Positions 27,063 through 37,896 of a DNA stretch of 64,000 bases are shown in pieces. The notes beneath the pieces are model-generated. The model was not told where the DNA came from. It made no database searches and was given only the letters and a program-made list of their open reading frames with translations. Position numbers and translations under genes: made by a program. Source of the DNA: Lysobacteraceae bacterium (GTDB lineage: Bacteria; Pseudomonadota; Gammaproteobacteria; Xanthomonadales; Xanthomonadaceae); NCBI GenBank assembly GCA_051859045.1, contig JBHYGK010000007.1, positions 9,724-73,723 on the forward strand, given 5' to 3'. The stretch's first letter is position 1; every line of letters starts with the position of its first letter.

Positions 27063-27827
27063 ATGAGCCTCCCCACCCAGCGCCTGCGCCTGCTGAGCGC
27101 GAACATCCAGGCCGGCAACTCCACCCGCAGCTACGGCGAGTACATCACCCGCAGCTGGTCGCACGTGCTGCCGGCCGGCAAGCGCGACAGCCTGGTCGAG
27201 ATCGCGCGCGTGGCCGAGCCCTTCGACATCGTCGGGCTGCAGGAGGCCGACGCCGGCTCGCTGCGCTCGGGCTTCACCAACCAGACCCACTTCGTGGCCG
27301 AGGCCGCGGGCTTCCCGTACTGGAGCCACCAGCCCAACCGCAGCGTCGGCGGCATCGCCCGCAGCGCCAACGCGCTGCTGAGCCGGCTCGCGCCGACCGA
27401 GGTGCTCGACCATCCCCTGCCCGGCCGCGTGCCCGGCCGCGGCGTGCTGATGGCCCGCTTCGGGCGCGGGCCCGACGCGCTCACCATCGCGGTGGCGCAC
27501 CTCTCGCTGGGCGCGAAGTCGCGCGCCACCCAGGTGGGCTTCCTGTCGGAGCTGCTGGCCGAGGCCCGGCACGTGGTGCTGATGGGCGACTTCAACTGCG
27601 CCAGCGACGCCCGCGAGATGGGCCTGCTGTTCACCCGCACCCGCCTGCAGCCGCCGGCCTGCGCGACGCCGACCTTCCCCAGCTGGGCGCCGGTGCGCTG
27701 CCTCGACCACATCCTGGCCAGCCCGGAGCTGGGCGCCGAGGGCCTGGAGGCCTTCCCCGCGGCCTACTCCGACCACCTCGCGATCGCGGTCAGCGTGCAG
27801 GTGCCCGAGGCCGCGCTGGCGGGCTGA
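27063..27827 (+). CDS. endonuclease/exonuclease/phosphatase (EEP) family protein
   Basis: 254 aa with motifs GLQEAD, VAHLSLG, MGDFN and SDHLAI, characteristic of the EEP fold. Confidence 0.8.
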   Translation: MSLPTQRLRLLSANIQAGNSTRSYGEYITRSWSHVLPAGKRDSLVEIARVAEPFDIVGLQEADAGSLRSGFTNQTHFVAEAAGFPYWSHQPNRSVGGIARSANALLSRLAPTEVLDHPLPGRVPGRGVLMARFGRGPDALTIAVAHLSLGAKSRATQVGFLSELLAEARHVVLMGDFNCASDAREMGLLFTRTRLQPPACATPTFPSWAPVRCLDHILASPELGAEGLEAFPAAYSDHLAIAVSVQVPEAALAG

Positions 27828-27840
27828 GGCCCGACGCGAC

Positions 27841-27873
27841 GAGGCCCCGCGGCGCGACGCGCGGCGGGGCCTC
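27841..27873. terminator. GC-rich hairpin between convergent genes (possible bidirectional terminator)
   Basis: GAGGCCCCGC (27841-27850) pairs with GCGGGGCCTC (27864-27873) across a 13-nt loop. No U-tract. Confidence 0.35.
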
Positions 27874-27905
27874 CGGCGGGCGCCCGGGCCGGGCCCGGGC
27901 GTCGC

Positions 27906-28247
27906 TCACTCGGTGATCGTGTAGCTGCCGGTCTCGCAGAGATCCTCGGCCTCGACGACGGTCTCGGAGCCATCGTCCCAGACGAACTTCATGTCGTACT
28001 CGCACTGGGTGCGGCCGTCGGCGATGGTGACGTTGGCGGACTCGCCGGCGCCGAGCACGCCGCTGCCCAGGATGTCCTCTTCCCACGCGTCGACGTCGGA
28101 CGGCGAGGCGTAGAACTCGACGATCACGCTGCCGGTGTCGTTGGTGAGGGTGAACTCGAGGTCCTCGGCGAGCGCCGGGGCGCTGGTGAAGGCGAGGCCA
28201 AAGGCGAGGACGGCGGCGAAGCGGGTGCGGAGGCGGTTCATCGGCAT
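27906..28247 (-). CDS. small secreted two-cysteine protein, unknown function
   Basis: Start at ATG 28247 or 28241. Signal peptide MNRLRTRFAAVLAFGLAFTSAPALA. Acidic approx. 88-aa mature domain with 2 Cys (TQCEYD...DLCETG). Confidence 0.6.
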   Translation of the reverse strand: MPMNRLRTRFAAVLAFGLAFTSAPALAEDLEFTLTNDTGSVIVEFYASPSDVDAWEEDILGSGVLGAGESANVTIADGRTQCEYDMKFVWDDGSETVVEAEDLCETGSYTITE

Positions 28248-28354
28248 GGGTCCCTGGACCCCGGATCGGGGTGGCGTGAGCATAGCCGGCCTGGCGCGTC
28301 GCGCGCGTCGGGACCTTCGTCGGATGGACGCGGGTTCCCCCCGCTGGACGGGCG

Positions 28355-28419
28355 AAAAAAAGGCCGGGCGCGAGGCCCGGCCAACCTGAGGCGGGGCGGC
28401 GGCGACCGCCGCCCCGCCT
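28355..28419 (-). terminator. tandem hairpins / intrinsic terminator after the TonB-dependent receptor gene
   Basis: On the minus strand there is first a 12-14 bp hairpin (GCGGGGCGGCGG/CCGCCGCCCCGC, 28389-28419). It is followed by GGCCGGGC-loop-GCCCGGCC and then UUUUUUU (plus-strand A-run at 28355-28361). Confidence 0.7.
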
Positions 28420-28430
28420 GCCTTCAGGAC

Positions 28431-31316
28431 TCAGAAGCGGATGTCGGCGCGCAGGTACCAGGCGCGGCCGCCCGGGATGTCGTAGGTGGACGGGTCGTAG
28501 CCGTTGAGCGAGCAGCTCAGGCAGATCGGCGGGTCCTTGTCGAAGAGGTTGTTGATGCCCGCCGACAGGGTGACGCCCTGCATCCAGTCGATCCGGTAGG
28601 ACATCTGGACGTCGTGGTAGGTGATCGCCTCGAGGGTGTTGCGGCCGCTGGCCTGGTCGGAGCAGACGGCGAAGCCCGCGGCGTCGCCGCAGTCCTCGGT
28701 GAGCTCGCTGGTGTGGCGCAGCGCCCACGAGGCCGACCACGGGCCATGGGCCCAGTCCAGCGACGCCGCCGCGCTCCACTCCGGGATGCCGCCGTCGTTG
28801 ACCTCGATCCCCGGGCCCTGCGGCTGGCGCTGGCCGTTGGCGCCGAAGGCCTCGTACTTGCCGACGAAGGTGTTGCGCCAGGTCGCGCGGAAGCGATGGC
28901 CGCCCTCGGTCTCGGGGAAGGTCCAGAACAGGTCGATGTCGTAGCCGTCGGTCTCGATCGAACCGAGGTTGGTCAGGCGGTTGTTGAAGCTGTTGATGCC
29001 GCCGGTGACCGCGCGGGTGATGCCCGAGCAGTACAGCGGGTCGAGGGTGGCGACGCAGAGGTCGAGCTGGGTCTGCGCGTCGATGGCCTGGATGGCGCCC
29101 TCGACCTCGTGGCGGTACCAGGTGAACTCGATGTCCACCCGCTCCGAGATGGCCGTGCCCTCGAGGAAGGCCGGGGTCCACACCGCGCCGAGGCTCAGGC
29201 TGTCGGCGAGCTCGGGCGCGAGGTCGCGGTTGCCGCCGGTGAGCACGGAGATCTGCGGGTTGGGCTGGGTGTAGCCCACCGGCACGCCCAGCGTGGCGCA
29301 GTTGGCGGTGAGGTTGGAGGCCACCGGGGCCGAGCACGGGTCGTCGAGCACCAGGTCGGCGCGGCTGGCCGAGCCGAACAGCTCGCCGATCGACGGCGCG
29401 CGGAAGCCCTCGGCCAGCGTGGCGCGGAACAGCAGCTCGTCGGCCGGCTGGAAGCGCAGGCCGATCTTGTGGGTGAACTCGCCGCCGAAGGTGGAGTAGT
29501 CGGAGTAGCGGCCCGCCAGCGAGAGGTCGAAGCGCTCGCCGCCCGCGCCCTCGAACAGCGGGATCGACAGCTCGCCGAAGGCCTCGGTGACGTCGTAGCT
29601 GCCGGAGGTCGGCAGCGAGGGCACGCCGTTGTAGTCGCCGCGCACGGTCAGCGCGTCGGGCGTGTAGCTGCCGTCGAGGTCGCGGTACTCGATGCCGGTG
29701 GCGAAGGCCAGCGCGCCGGCCGGCAGGTCGAGCAGCTCGCCGCTGAGGTTGGCGCTGACCTGGGTGATGGCGTTCTCGCTCTCGTCGCGCACCACCGGCT
29801 GGATGAAGGCCAGCATCGCCGGGGTGATCGAGCCCGGGCCGCCCCAGATGTCGAGCGGCGTGCAGCCCGCGACCGCCGCGCAGGCGGTCGGGTCGCCGAG
29901 CGCCAGCGCGATGTTGCGGATGTTGTAGCTGCCGAAGTTGGTCTGCTCGGCGGAGTTCTCCGAGCGCACCACGTTGACGTCCCAGAACCAGCTGCGCTCG
30001 CCCATCGAGAACGCGCCCTCGAAGCCCGTGGCCACGTAGACGGTGTCGACGACCTGCTCGAAGCGGCGCGCGCCGCCTTCCACCGGGCGGCGGCCGATCA
30101 GGATCAGGCTGCCGTCGGAGGAGTCGAGGTCGAAGCCGAACGGGTTGAAGGGGTTGAGCCGCGAGATGACGATGTTGTCGGCCAGCGGGTTGCCGGTGCC
30201 GGCCTCGGGGCCGAGGAAGATCGGCTCGGGCGCGGCCTGGTTGACCGACTCGCGGCGGTTGTACAGCGCGCGGGCGTACCAGCCGATGTCCTCGGTGACG
30301 TCGAAGCGCACCTGGCCGAACAGGCCGGCGCGCTCGGACGGGGTGACCAGCAGGTTGAACTGCGCGAAGTTGAAGCGGTCGGCGGTGGTGAAGCAGTGGA
30401 AGTCGTCGGTGCGCGTGCAGCCGGTCTGGCTGGGGTCGTAGAACGGGTTGGAGCCCGCGCCGGTGTTGGGGGTGAGGTTGAGCGTGGCGCCGGTGTTGGG
30501 GTCGGTGATGATGAAGCGGCCGAACGGCGTGGCCGAGCTGCCGAAGCTCAGGCCGGTGCCCGGCACCGGGAACGCCGACTGCTCGCGGTCGCGCGAGAGC
30601 ACCTCGCCCTGGTCGGTGTAGCTGGCGCCGAGGAACCAGCGCAGGCGGTCGTTGCCGCCGCCCAGCGCCAGGTCGATGCTGCCGTTGGCGCCGTCGCCTT
30701 CGGTGAACTGGCCGCCCTGCACGCGCACCGAGGCGCCGTCGAAGTCGCGGCGGGTGATGATGTTGACCACGCCGGCGATGGCGTCGGAGCCGTACAGCGA
30801 CGACGCGCCGTCCTCCAGCACCTCGATGCGGTCGACGATGGCCAGCGGGATGGTGTTGAGGTCGGTGGCCGAGCCCACGCCCGAGGCCGAGCTCTCGTTC
30901 ACCCACCGCAGGCCGTCGACGAGCACCAGCACGCGCTTGGCGCCGAGGTGGCGCAGGTCGACCTGGGAGGAGCCCGCGCCGACGCCGTCGCCATTGGGCG
31001 AGAAGCCGAAGTTGCCCGAGGAGTTGAAGCGGGTGTTGAGCGCGGAGCCCGAGCCGGTCAGGGCCGAGACCACGTCGCCGATGGAGGTCAGGCCGCTGCG
31101 GTCGATGTCCTCGCGGCTGACCACCTGCACGGGCACCTGGCCCTCGGTCTCGGCGCGCTTGATGCGCGAGCCGGTGACCTCGACCCGGTCGAGGTCGGTG
31201 GGCGAGGCGGCGGGCGCGGCGTCCTGCGCGATGGCGGGCGCGGCGAGCGGCAGCAGGGCGAGCGAGAGCGCGGCGCGGATGGCCGCGTCGAGGCGGCGGC
31301 GACGGATGGACGACAT
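28431..31316 (-). CDS. TonB-dependent outer-membrane receptor
   Basis: Start ATG 31316 ([31 protein letters not shown]). TonB box/plug ([12 protein letters not shown]...DVVSALTG), long beta-barrel, and C-terminal aromatic terminus YLRADIRF. Confidence 0.9.
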   Translation of the reverse strand: MSSIRRRRLDAAIRAALSLALLPLAAPAIAQDAAPAASPTDLDRVEVTGSRIKRAETEGQVPVQVVSREDIDRSGLTSIGDVVSALTGSGSALNTRFNSSGNFGFSPNGDGVGAGSSQVDLRHLGAKRVLVLVDGLRWVNESSASGVGSATDLNTIPLAIVDRIEVLEDGASSLYGSDAIAGVVNIITRRDFDGASVRVQGGQFTEGDGANGSIDLALGGGNDRLRWFLGASYTDQGEVLSRDREQSAFPVPGTGLSFGSSATPFGRFIITDPNTGATLNLTPNTGAGSNPFYDPSQTGCTRTDDFHCFTTADRFNFAQFNLLVTPSERAGLFGQVRFDVTEDIGWYARALYNRRESVNQAAPEPIFLGPEAGTGNPLADNIVISRLNPFNPFGFDLDSSDGSLILIGRRPVEGGARRFEQVVDTVYVATGFEGAFSMGERSWFWDVNVVRSENSAEQTNFGSYNIRNIALALGDPTACAAVAGCTPLDIWGGPGSITPAMLAFIQPVVRDESENAITQVSANLSGELLDLPAGALAFATGIEYRDLDGSYTPDALTVRGDYNGVPSLPTSGSYDVTEAFGELSIPLFEGAGGERFDLSLAGRYSDYSTFGGEFTHKIGLRFQPADELLFRATLAEGFRAPSIGELFGSASRADLVLDDPCSAPVASNLTANCATLGVPVGYTQPNPQISVLTGGNRDLAPELADSLSLGAVWTPAFLEGTAISERVDIEFTWYRHEVEGAIQAIDAQTQLDLCVATLDPLYCSGITRAVTGGINSFNNRLTNLGSIETDGYDIDLFWTFPETEGGHRFRATWRNTFVGKYEAFGANGQRQPQGPGIEVNDGGIPEWSAAASLDWAHGPWSASWALRHTSELTEDCGDAAGFAVCSDQASGRNTLEAITYHDVQMSYRIDWMQGVTLSAGINNLFDKDPPICLSCSLNGYDPSTYDIPGGRAWYLRADIRF

Positions 31317-31490
31317 GGCGATGGACCCCAGGGAAAGGAAACCCGAGGCCGCCCCCGCGGCCCCGTGGCGCTCCGGTTGTAGTCCGGCGGTCACGCTCCC
31401 CGCAAGGCACTCCGCCACCGGCGCGGGCGCGTCCTCTCCGGCCCCCGTCGCGCGTTTCGCGCGCGCCGCGGGCGCGCGCGCGCGCCCCCC

Positions 31491-32291
31491 TCAGCCGCCC
31501 CCGAGCGCCAGCGACAGCCCGACCAGGAACAGGAAGCCCGCGAACACCCGCTTCAGGGCCGGGCCGCTGATCGCGTGCGCCAGCCGGGTGCCCAGCGGCG
31601 CCACCAGCACCGAGGCCAGCGCGATGCCGATCGCGGCGGGCAGGTGGACGTAGCCCCAGCCGTGCTCGGGCAGCGCGCCCGGCGGCGCGTGCAGCGCGTA
31701 GCCCAGTGCCGCGGCCACGCCGATCGCCACGCCGCAGGCGCTCGAGGTGCCCACCGCGCGCACCATCGGCACCCCGCGCCAGGCCAGCAGCGGCACGGTC
31801 AGGCTGCCGCCGCCGATCCCGACCACGGCCGACACCGCGCCGATCACGCCGCCCGCGGCCCACATCAGCGGCCCGCGCGGCGGCGGCGCGTCGAGCGCGC
31901 GCTCGCGCACCCCGCCCAGCGCCAGCTGGGCGCCCGCCAGCAGGCAGTAGCCGGCCACCAGCCAGCGCAGCACGCTTCCATCGAGCGCGGTGGCCACGCC
32001 GCTGCCCACCCAGGCGCCGAGCAGCAGCCCGGGCACCAGCGCGCGCACGGTCGGCCAGAGCACGCCGCCGCGCGCGTGGTGGGCGCGCGCCGAGCTCAGC
32101 CCGGTCAGCACGATGCTGGCCAGCGAGCTGGCCAGCGCGGCGTGCATCGCGGCCTCCTGCGGCACGCCCATCAGCGGCAGCACGAACGCCAGCGCCGCCA
32201 CCAGCACCAGCCCGCCGCCCACGCCCAGCAGCCCCGCGAGCAGCCCCGCGACGGCCCCGAGCAGCGGGAACACCAGCCAGGCCAGGCTCAC
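31491..32291 (-). CDS. sulfite exporter TauE/SafE family membrane protein
   Basis: GTG start at 32291. 266 aa with about 8 TM helices and duplicated GxGGG motifs (LGVGGGLVLV, VGIGGGSLTVPLL). Confidence 0.85.
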   Translation of the reverse strand: MSLAWLVFPLLGAVAGLLAGLLGVGGGLVLVAALAFVLPLMGVPQEAAMHAALASSLASIVLTGLSSARAHHARGGVLWPTVRALVPGLLLGAWVGSGVATALDGSVLRWLVAGYCLLAGAQLALGGVRERALDAPPPRGPLMWAAGGVIGAVSAVVGIGGGSLTVPLLAWRGVPMVRAVGTSSACGVAIGVAAALGYALHAPPGALPEHGWGYVHLPAAIGIALASVLVAPLGTRLAHAISGPALKRVFAGFLFLVGLSLALGGG

Positions 32292-32354
32292 GGGCGGGCC
32301 TCGGCGCGCCGGTCTCGACGGGGTCTGGATGGGGGCATCGGCTACACTCCTCGC

Positions 32355-34436
32355 ATGCGAACTGACCTGATCCTCGGGGCCCTCCGCCGGGGCCCGACCC
32401 TCCTGCTGGCCGGCCTCCTCGCCGGCCTGCCCGCCCTTGCCGCCGTGGCCGCCCCGGCCGAGGGCGGCCCCGCGCCGGGCGAGCTCGGCTCGCGCCAGCT
32501 CGACGACCGCCGCGACGCCTTCCTGACCGCGCTGCGCGAAGTCGAACGCGGCCAGCGCGACGCCCGCGGCGTGGCCGAGTGGGCCGACCACCCGCTGCAC
32601 CCGTGGATGCGCCAGGCCTGGCTGCGCCACCACATCACCCGCGTGCAGCCCGACGAGGCCGAGGCCTTCCTCGCGGAGTGGAACGGCGAGGCGCCCGGCG
32701 AGGCCTTCCGCATGGCCTGGCTGCGCGAACTCGCGCGCCGCGGGCAGTGGGAGGCGTTCAACCGATCCTACACCGGGCAGGCCGACGACACCCTGCGCTG
32801 CACCTGGCTGCAGGGACGGATGGGCCTGGGCGACATCGGCGAGGACTGGCGCGCCGCGGCGCTCGAGGCCTGGACCGTGGGCCGCTCGATGCCGGCCGCC
32901 TGCGACCCGGTGTTCACCGCGCTGCGCACCTCCGGCGCGCTCACGCCCGAGGTGCGCTGGGCGCGCTGGATGCTGGCGCTGGAGGCCGGCGAGGACGCGA
33001 TCATGCGCGCCGCCGCCAGCGGCCTGCCCGCCGACGAGCAGGCGCTGGCCGGCCGCTACGCCGCCTTCGCCGCCGACGCCTCGGGCTCGACCGAGGGCTG
33101 GCCGCGCGACGCGCGCAGCCGCGCGATCGCGCTGCGCGGCCTGGCCGCGCTGGCGCGCGCCAACCCCGACGCCGCCGAGGCGCGGCTGGCCGAACTCGGC
33201 CCGGCGCTGGCGTTCACCGAGGCCGACACCGCGCGCGCCCGCTACGACATCGCCCTGTGGACCGTCGCCAGCTACCTGCCCGGGTCGGCCGAGCGCCTGG
33301 CCGCGGTGCCGCTCGCAGCCTACGACGAGCGCCTGCACGAGTGGCAGGCGCGCGAGGCGATGGCGCGCGGCGACGATGCCGCCACCCTGGCCGCGATCCG
33401 GCGCATGCCCGAGGCGCAGCGCGCCGACCCGCGCTGGCGCTGGTTCGAGGCGCGCATGCTCGAGCGCCTGGGCCGCGCCGACGAGGCCGCGCCGGTGTTC
33501 GCCGAGGTGGCGCGCAGCGCCACCTTCCATGGCTTCCTCGCCGCAGACCGGCTTGGCCAGCCCTACGCGCTGTGCCCGCTGGACGTGCGCGCGGAGGACC
33601 CGGCCGCCGCGGCGCTGCGCGGCGACCCGCGGGTGCTGCGCGCGATCGAGGCCTTCCGCGCCGACCGCATGGGCTGGGCCTACGCGGAGTGGGCGGTGCT
33701 GATGCGCCGGCTGCCGCCGGCCGAGCGCGCGGCGGCGGTGGCGCTGGCGCGCGAGGCGCGCTGGTTCGACCGCGGCATCTTCTCGCTCGCGCGCGAGCCG
33801 GCGACGATGGACGAGGAGCTGCGCTACTACCGGCTGCGCTTCCCGCTGCACCACGGCGCGACGATCCGCCGCGAATCCGCCGCGCACGGGATCGACGCGG
33901 CCTGGGTGGCCGCCGAGATCCGCGCGGAGAGCGCGTGGATGCCGCGCGCGCGCAGCCACGCCGACGCCCGCGGCCTGATGCAGCTGCTGCCGCGCACCGG
34001 CGAGGCCACCGCCGCGTCGATCGACCGCCCGTGGCGCGGCGTCGAGAGCCTGTACGAGCCGCGCACCAACATCGCGCTCGGCACCGCCTACCTGCGCCAG
34101 ATGCTCGAGGAGAACGACGGCAAGCCCTACTACGCGATCGCCGCCTACAACGCCGGCCCCGCGCCGATCGCGCGCTGGCGCGCCGCGCGCGAGGCGTTCG
34201 ACCCCGACCTGTTCATCGAGACCATCAGCTACCGCGAGACCCGCGAATACGTGGCGCGCGTGCTGGCCTTCAGCGTGATCTACGACTGGCGCCTGCACGG
34301 CGACGCGGTGCCGATGGCCGACCGCCTCAGCGGCGCCCCGACCCGCCGCGGCGACCGCCGCGGCTTCGCCTGCCCCGCTCCCCCCGCCCGCATCCCCGCG
34401 CCCGCCGCCCCCCAGGCCCCGGAGGCCACGCCATGA
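32355..34436 (+). CDS. soluble lytic murein transglycosylase (Slt70-like)
   Basis: Signal peptide, long superhelical N-terminal domain, and C-terminal SLT catalytic domain ([29 protein letters not shown]...AYNAGP). Confidence 0.85.
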   Translation: MRTDLILGALRRGPTLLLAGLLAGLPALAAVAAPAEGGPAPGELGSRQLDDRRDAFLTALREVERGQRDARGVAEWADHPLHPWMRQAWLRHHITRVQPDEAEAFLAEWNGEAPGEAFRMAWLRELARRGQWEAFNRSYTGQADDTLRCTWLQGRMGLGDIGEDWRAAALEAWTVGRSMPAACDPVFTALRTSGALTPEVRWARWMLALEAGEDAIMRAAASGLPADEQALAGRYAAFAADASGSTEGWPRDARSRAIALRGLAALARANPDAAEARLAELGPALAFTEADTARARYDIALWTVASYLPGSAERLAAVPLAAYDERLHEWQAREAMARGDDAATLAAIRRMPEAQRADPRWRWFEARMLERLGRADEAAPVFAEVARSATFHGFLAADRLGQPYALCPLDVRAEDPAAAALRGDPRVLRAIEAFRADRMGWAYAEWAVLMRRLPPAERAAAVALAREARWFDRGIFSLAREPATMDEELRYYRLRFPLHHGATIRRESAAHGIDAAWVAAEIRAESAWMPRARSHADARGLMQLLPRTGEATAASIDRPWRGVESLYEPRTNIALGTAYLRQMLEENDGKPYYAIAAYNAGPAPIARWRAAREAFDPDLFIETISYRETREYVARVLAFSVIYDWRLHGDAVPMADRLSGAPTRRGDRRGFACPAPPARIPAPAAPQAPEATP

Positions 34437-35374
34437 CCCCGCTCCGCATCCTCGTCCTCGGCGGCTCCGGCTTCATCGGCCGCCACCTCGTCGGCCGCCT
34501 CGCGCGCGAGGGCCACCACGTGCGCGTGCTCAGCCGCAACTTCGGCACCCGCTACGAGCGCCACCCGGCACCCGGCGTCGAGGTGCGCGAGGGCGATCCC
34601 TACGCGCCGGCCGTGCTCGACGCGGCGCTCGCCGGCCACGACGTGGCGATCAACCTCGTCGGCATCCTCAACGAGCCCGGCGACAGCGGCCGCGGCTTCC
34701 AGCGCGCCCACGTCGAGCTCACCCGCCAGCTGGTGGCCGCCTGCCAGCGCGCCGGCGTGCGCCGCCTGCTGCAGATGAGCTCGCTCAACGCCGGCCGCGG
34801 CCAGAGCCACTACCTGCGCTCGCGCGGCGAGGCCGAGGCGGTGGTGAAGGCCTCGGGCCTGGACTGGACGATCTTCCAGCCCAGCGTGGTGTTCGGCCAC
34901 GGCGACGGGCTGTACTGCCGCTTCGCCGGCCTGCTCGCGCTGGCCCCGGTGATCCCGCTGGCCCGCGCCGGCACCAAGTTCGCGCCGGTGTACGTGGGCG
35001 ACGTGGTCGAGGCGTTCGTGCGCGCGCTGCGGCTGCCCGCCAGCATCGGCGAGACCTACGAGCTCTACGGGCCGGAGGTGTTCACGCTGGCCGACATCGT
35101 CCGCCAGACCGCCGCGCAGCTGGGCCTGCGCCGGTTCGTGCTGCCGCTGCCGGACGCGATCGGCCGGCTCCAGGGCCTGCTGATGGACCACCTGCCGGCC
35201 AAGCCGTTCTCCTCGGACAACTTCCGCAGCCTGCTCACCGACTCGGTGGGCGGCTTCGACGGCCTGCACCGCCTCGGCATCGCGCCGACCCCGGTGGCGC
35301 GCATGCTGCCCGGCATCCTCGGCGCGGTCGGCGACCGCCAGTCGCGCCTCGACGCCTACCGCATCCGCCGCTGA
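34433..35374 (+). CDS. NAD(P)H-binding SDR-like protein (complex I NDUFA9 subunit family)
   Basis: ATGA overlap with slt. Rossmann motif [15 protein letters not shown] and YxxxK-like region ([11 protein letters not shown]). Confidence 0.8.
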   Translation: MTPLRILVLGGSGFIGRHLVGRLAREGHHVRVLSRNFGTRYERHPAPGVEVREGDPYAPAVLDAALAGHDVAINLVGILNEPGDSGRGFQRAHVELTRQLVAACQRAGVRRLLQMSSLNAGRGQSHYLRSRGEAEAVVKASGLDWTIFQPSVVFGHGDGLYCRFAGLLALAPVIPLARAGTKFAPVYVGDVVEAFVRALRLPASIGETYELYGPEVFTLADIVRQTAAQLGLRRFVLPLPDAIGRLQGLLMDHLPAKPFSSDNFRSLLTDSVGGFDGLHRLGIAPTPVARMLPGILGAVGDRQSRLDAYRIRR

Positions 35375-35385
35375 GGCCCCGCGCG

Positions 35386-36642
35386 ATGCCCCTGCCCGCC
35401 GGCGCGCGCCGCTACCTCGTGGGCGGCGCCGTGCGCGACGCCCTGCTGGGCCGCGCCAGCGGCGACCGCGACTGGGTGGTCACCGGCACCACGCCCGAGG
35501 CGATGGCCGCGCTGGGCTACCGGCCGGTGGGCAAGGACTTCCCGGTGTTCCTGCACCCGGCGACGGCCGAGGAGCACGCGCTGGCGCGCACCGAGCGCAA
35601 GGACGGCGTGGGCTACCGCGGCTTCACCGTGCTGGCCTCGCCAGGGGTGACGCTCGAGGACGACCTCGCCCGCCGCGACCTGACCATCAACGCCATCGCG
35701 CGCGCCGAGGACGGCACGCTGGTGGACCCGTTCGGCGGCGTGCGCGACGTCGAGGCGCGGGTGCTGCGCCACGTCGGCCCGGCCTTCGTCGAGGACCCGG
35801 TGCGCCTGCTGCGGGTGGCGCGCTTCGCCGCGCGCTTCGCGCCGCTGGGCTTCGTCGTGGCGCCGGAGACGATGGCGCTGATGCGCGCGATGGTCGAGGC
35901 CGGAGAGGTGGCGCACCTGGTGCCCGAGCGCGTCTGGCAGGAGCTGGCCAAGGCCCTGCGCGAGCCGCGCCCCTCGGCGATGCTGCGCGTGCTGCGCGGG
36001 AGCGGCGCGCTGGCCGTGCTGCTGCCCGAGGTGGACGCGCTGTACGGCGTGCCGCAGCGCCCCGAGTACCACCCCGAGGTCGACACCGGCCTGCACGTCG
36101 AGCTGGTGCTGGACGCCGCGGCCGCGCTGGCGCCGGGCGACGACCGGATCGGCTTCGCGGCCCTGGTGCACGACCTGGGCAAGGGCCTCACGCCGCGCGC
36201 GGAGTGGCCCAAGCACGTCGCCCACGAACACCGGGGCGTGCGCCCGGTCCAGGCCGTCTGCGCCCGGCTGAAGGTGCCCGCCGCGCACCGCGCGCTGGCG
36301 GTGCTGGCCTGCCGCGAGCACCTCAACGTGCATCGCCTCGACGAACTGCGCGACGAGACCGTGCACGACCTGCTCGCGCGCGCCGACGGCTTCCGCCAGC
36401 CCGAGCGCATCGACCAGCTGGCCCGGGTGTGCGAGGCCGACAAGCGCGGCCGCGCCGGCCTGGCGGAGGCGCCCTATCCGCAGGCCGACCGGCTGCGCGC
36501 GCTGTTCGCGGCGGCGCAGGCGGTGACGGCCGGCCCGATCGTCGCCGCCGGGGCGACCGGCCCCGCCGTGGGCGAGCGCCTGCGCGAGGCCCGGATCGCG
36601 GCGATCCGCGCCGCGCGCGCGGGCCTGCGCGACGCGTCCTGA
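35386..36642 (+). CDS. cca: multifunctional CCA-adding enzyme (tRNA nucleotidyltransferase with HD domain)
   Basis: [13 protein letters not shown]...DRDWVV head motif, RRDLTINA, and a C-terminal HD domain (HDLGK). Confidence 0.9.
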   Translation: MPLPAGARRYLVGGAVRDALLGRASGDRDWVVTGTTPEAMAALGYRPVGKDFPVFLHPATAEEHALARTERKDGVGYRGFTVLASPGVTLEDDLARRDLTINAIARAEDGTLVDPFGGVRDVEARVLRHVGPAFVEDPVRLLRVARFAARFAPLGFVVAPETMALMRAMVEAGEVAHLVPERVWQELAKALREPRPSAMLRVLRGSGALAVLLPEVDALYGVPQRPEYHPEVDTGLHVELVLDAAAALAPGDDRIGFAALVHDLGKGLTPRAEWPKHVAHEHRGVRPVQAVCARLKVPAAHRALAVLACREHLNVHRLDELRDETVHDLLARADGFRQPERIDQLARVCEADKRGRAGLAEAPYPQADRLRALFAAAQAVTAGPIVAAGATGPAVGERLREARIAAIRAARAGLRDAS

Positions 36643-36724
36643 GGCCCGCCCCATCGGCCGCGCCCAGCCACCGCCCTCCGACCCGGCCCACGCCGCGGAC
36701 GAGGCCGCGCACCTGCGCGCCCTG

Positions 36725-37270
36725 GTGCTGCGGATGGCCGCCGGCGACCAGGAGGCGCTGGGCGCGCTCTACGACGCCACCGAGTCGCGCGTGTTCGCGG
36801 TGGCGCTGCGCGTGCTGCGGCTGGAGGCCGACGCCGAGGAGGCCGCGGCCGACGCCTTCCACCAGGCCTGGGAGCAGGCCGGGCGCTTCGACCCGGCCCG
36901 CGGCGGCGCGCTGGCCTGGCTGCTGTCGATCGCCTGGAGCCGCGCGGTGGACCGCCTGCGCGCCCGGCGCCGCCGGCCCGAGCAGCCCCTGCATCCAGAC
37001 GGGGACCACCCGGCGTACACCGACGACGACGCGCTGCCCGCCGAACGCCTGCTCGACGCCGTGGCCGCCGGCGGCGCCGTGCACGCGGCGCTCTCGACGC
37101 TCGGCGACCCGCCGCGGACGCCGATCGCGCTGGCCTTCCTCGACGGCCTGAGCCACGCCGAGGTGGCCGAGCGCACCGGGATGCCGCTGGGCACGGTGAA
37201 GTCGCACATCCGCCGCGGCCTGGCGGCCCTCAAACCCCTCCTCGAGGCCCGGGGATTCATCGATGGCTGA
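36725..37270 (+). CDS. ECF-type RNA polymerase sigma factor
   Basis: Region 2 (DAFHQAWEQAGRFDP...LAWLLSIAWSRAVDRLR) and region 4 (IALAFLDGLSHAEVAERTGMPLGTVKSHIRRGL). GTG 36725 is the first start in frame, and ATG 36734 is an alternative. Confidence 0.85.
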   Translation: MLRMAAGDQEALGALYDATESRVFAVALRVLRLEADAEEAAADAFHQAWEQAGRFDPARGGALAWLLSIAWSRAVDRLRARRRRPEQPLHPDGDHPAYTDDDALPAERLLDAVAAGGAVHAALSTLGDPPRTPIALAFLDGLSHAEVAERTGMPLGTVKSHIRRGLAALKPLLEARGFIDG

Positions 37271-37763
37271 GACGACGCTGCCGCCGGAGACACCCCGCGC
37301 GCCCGAGGGCCTGGCCCCGGCCGAGGCCGCGCTGCTGGCGTTCGCGCTGGCGCCCGTGGCCCCGGACGCCGCGCGCTCGGCGCGCCTGCGCGCGCGCGTG
37401 CTGGCGACCACGTCGCCGGCCCCGGGCGCCGAGCCGGGCTGGCGCGACTTCCTGCCCGGCATCCGGCTGCGCACGCTCGCCAAGGATCCCGCCACCCGCA
37501 GCGAGACCACGCTGTGGGAGCTCGCGCCGGGTGCGAAGGTGCCGCCGCATCCGCACCGCGGCGAGGAGGTCTGCCAGGTGCTGCGCGGCGAGATCGTCCA
37601 CGAGGGCCGCACCTGGGTGGCCGGCGAGACCCTGCGCGCGCAGCCGGGCGAGAAGCACTCGGTGTTCGTCGCCGAGCACGGCGCGCTGCTGCTGATCCGC
37701 AGCGAGCCGGTGCCGCGCGGCTGGCTGCTGCGCACCGTGCTGCGGCTGCTGACCCCGCGCTGA
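37263..37763 (+). CDS. ChrR-like cupin protein (putative anti-sigma factor lacking the zinc-binding anti-sigma motif)
   Basis: 8-nt overlap with the sigma gene (ATGGCTGA). Cupin_7-like core (TTLWELAPGAKVPPHPHRGEEVCQVLRGEIVHEGRTWVAGE). The N-terminal approx. 60 aa have no HxxxCxxC. Confidence 0.65.
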   Translation: MAETTLPPETPRAPEGLAPAEAALLAFALAPVAPDAARSARLRARVLATTSPAPGAEPGWRDFLPGIRLRTLAKDPATRSETTLWELAPGAKVPPHPHRGEEVCQVLRGEIVHEGRTWVAGETLRAQPGEKHSVFVAEHGALLLIRSEPVPRGWLLRTVLRLLTPR

Positions 37764-37896
37764 CCACGGCCCGGGGCCGCGTCACGCCGCGGCCACGGGC
37801 GCCGCGCCGACGGCCTCGCCGCGGCTGCATCCAGTGCCGCGCGCCCGGCGTACACGGGCTGCCGGCGCCGTGCCGGCCCACCGCGAGCCCGTCCCC

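Noticed and set aside
31317-31490. Possible second cobalamin (or other) riboswitch in the structured GC-rich leader of the TonB-dependent receptor.
   Set aside because: I could find no B12 box (AGYCMGGAGACCKGCC-like) and no GGGAA..GGUG..AAxxCC core, and no TPP or other riboswitch consensus I recognise. Only generic GC hairpins are present (GTGGCG...CGCCAC, CCGG-actacaa-CCGG).
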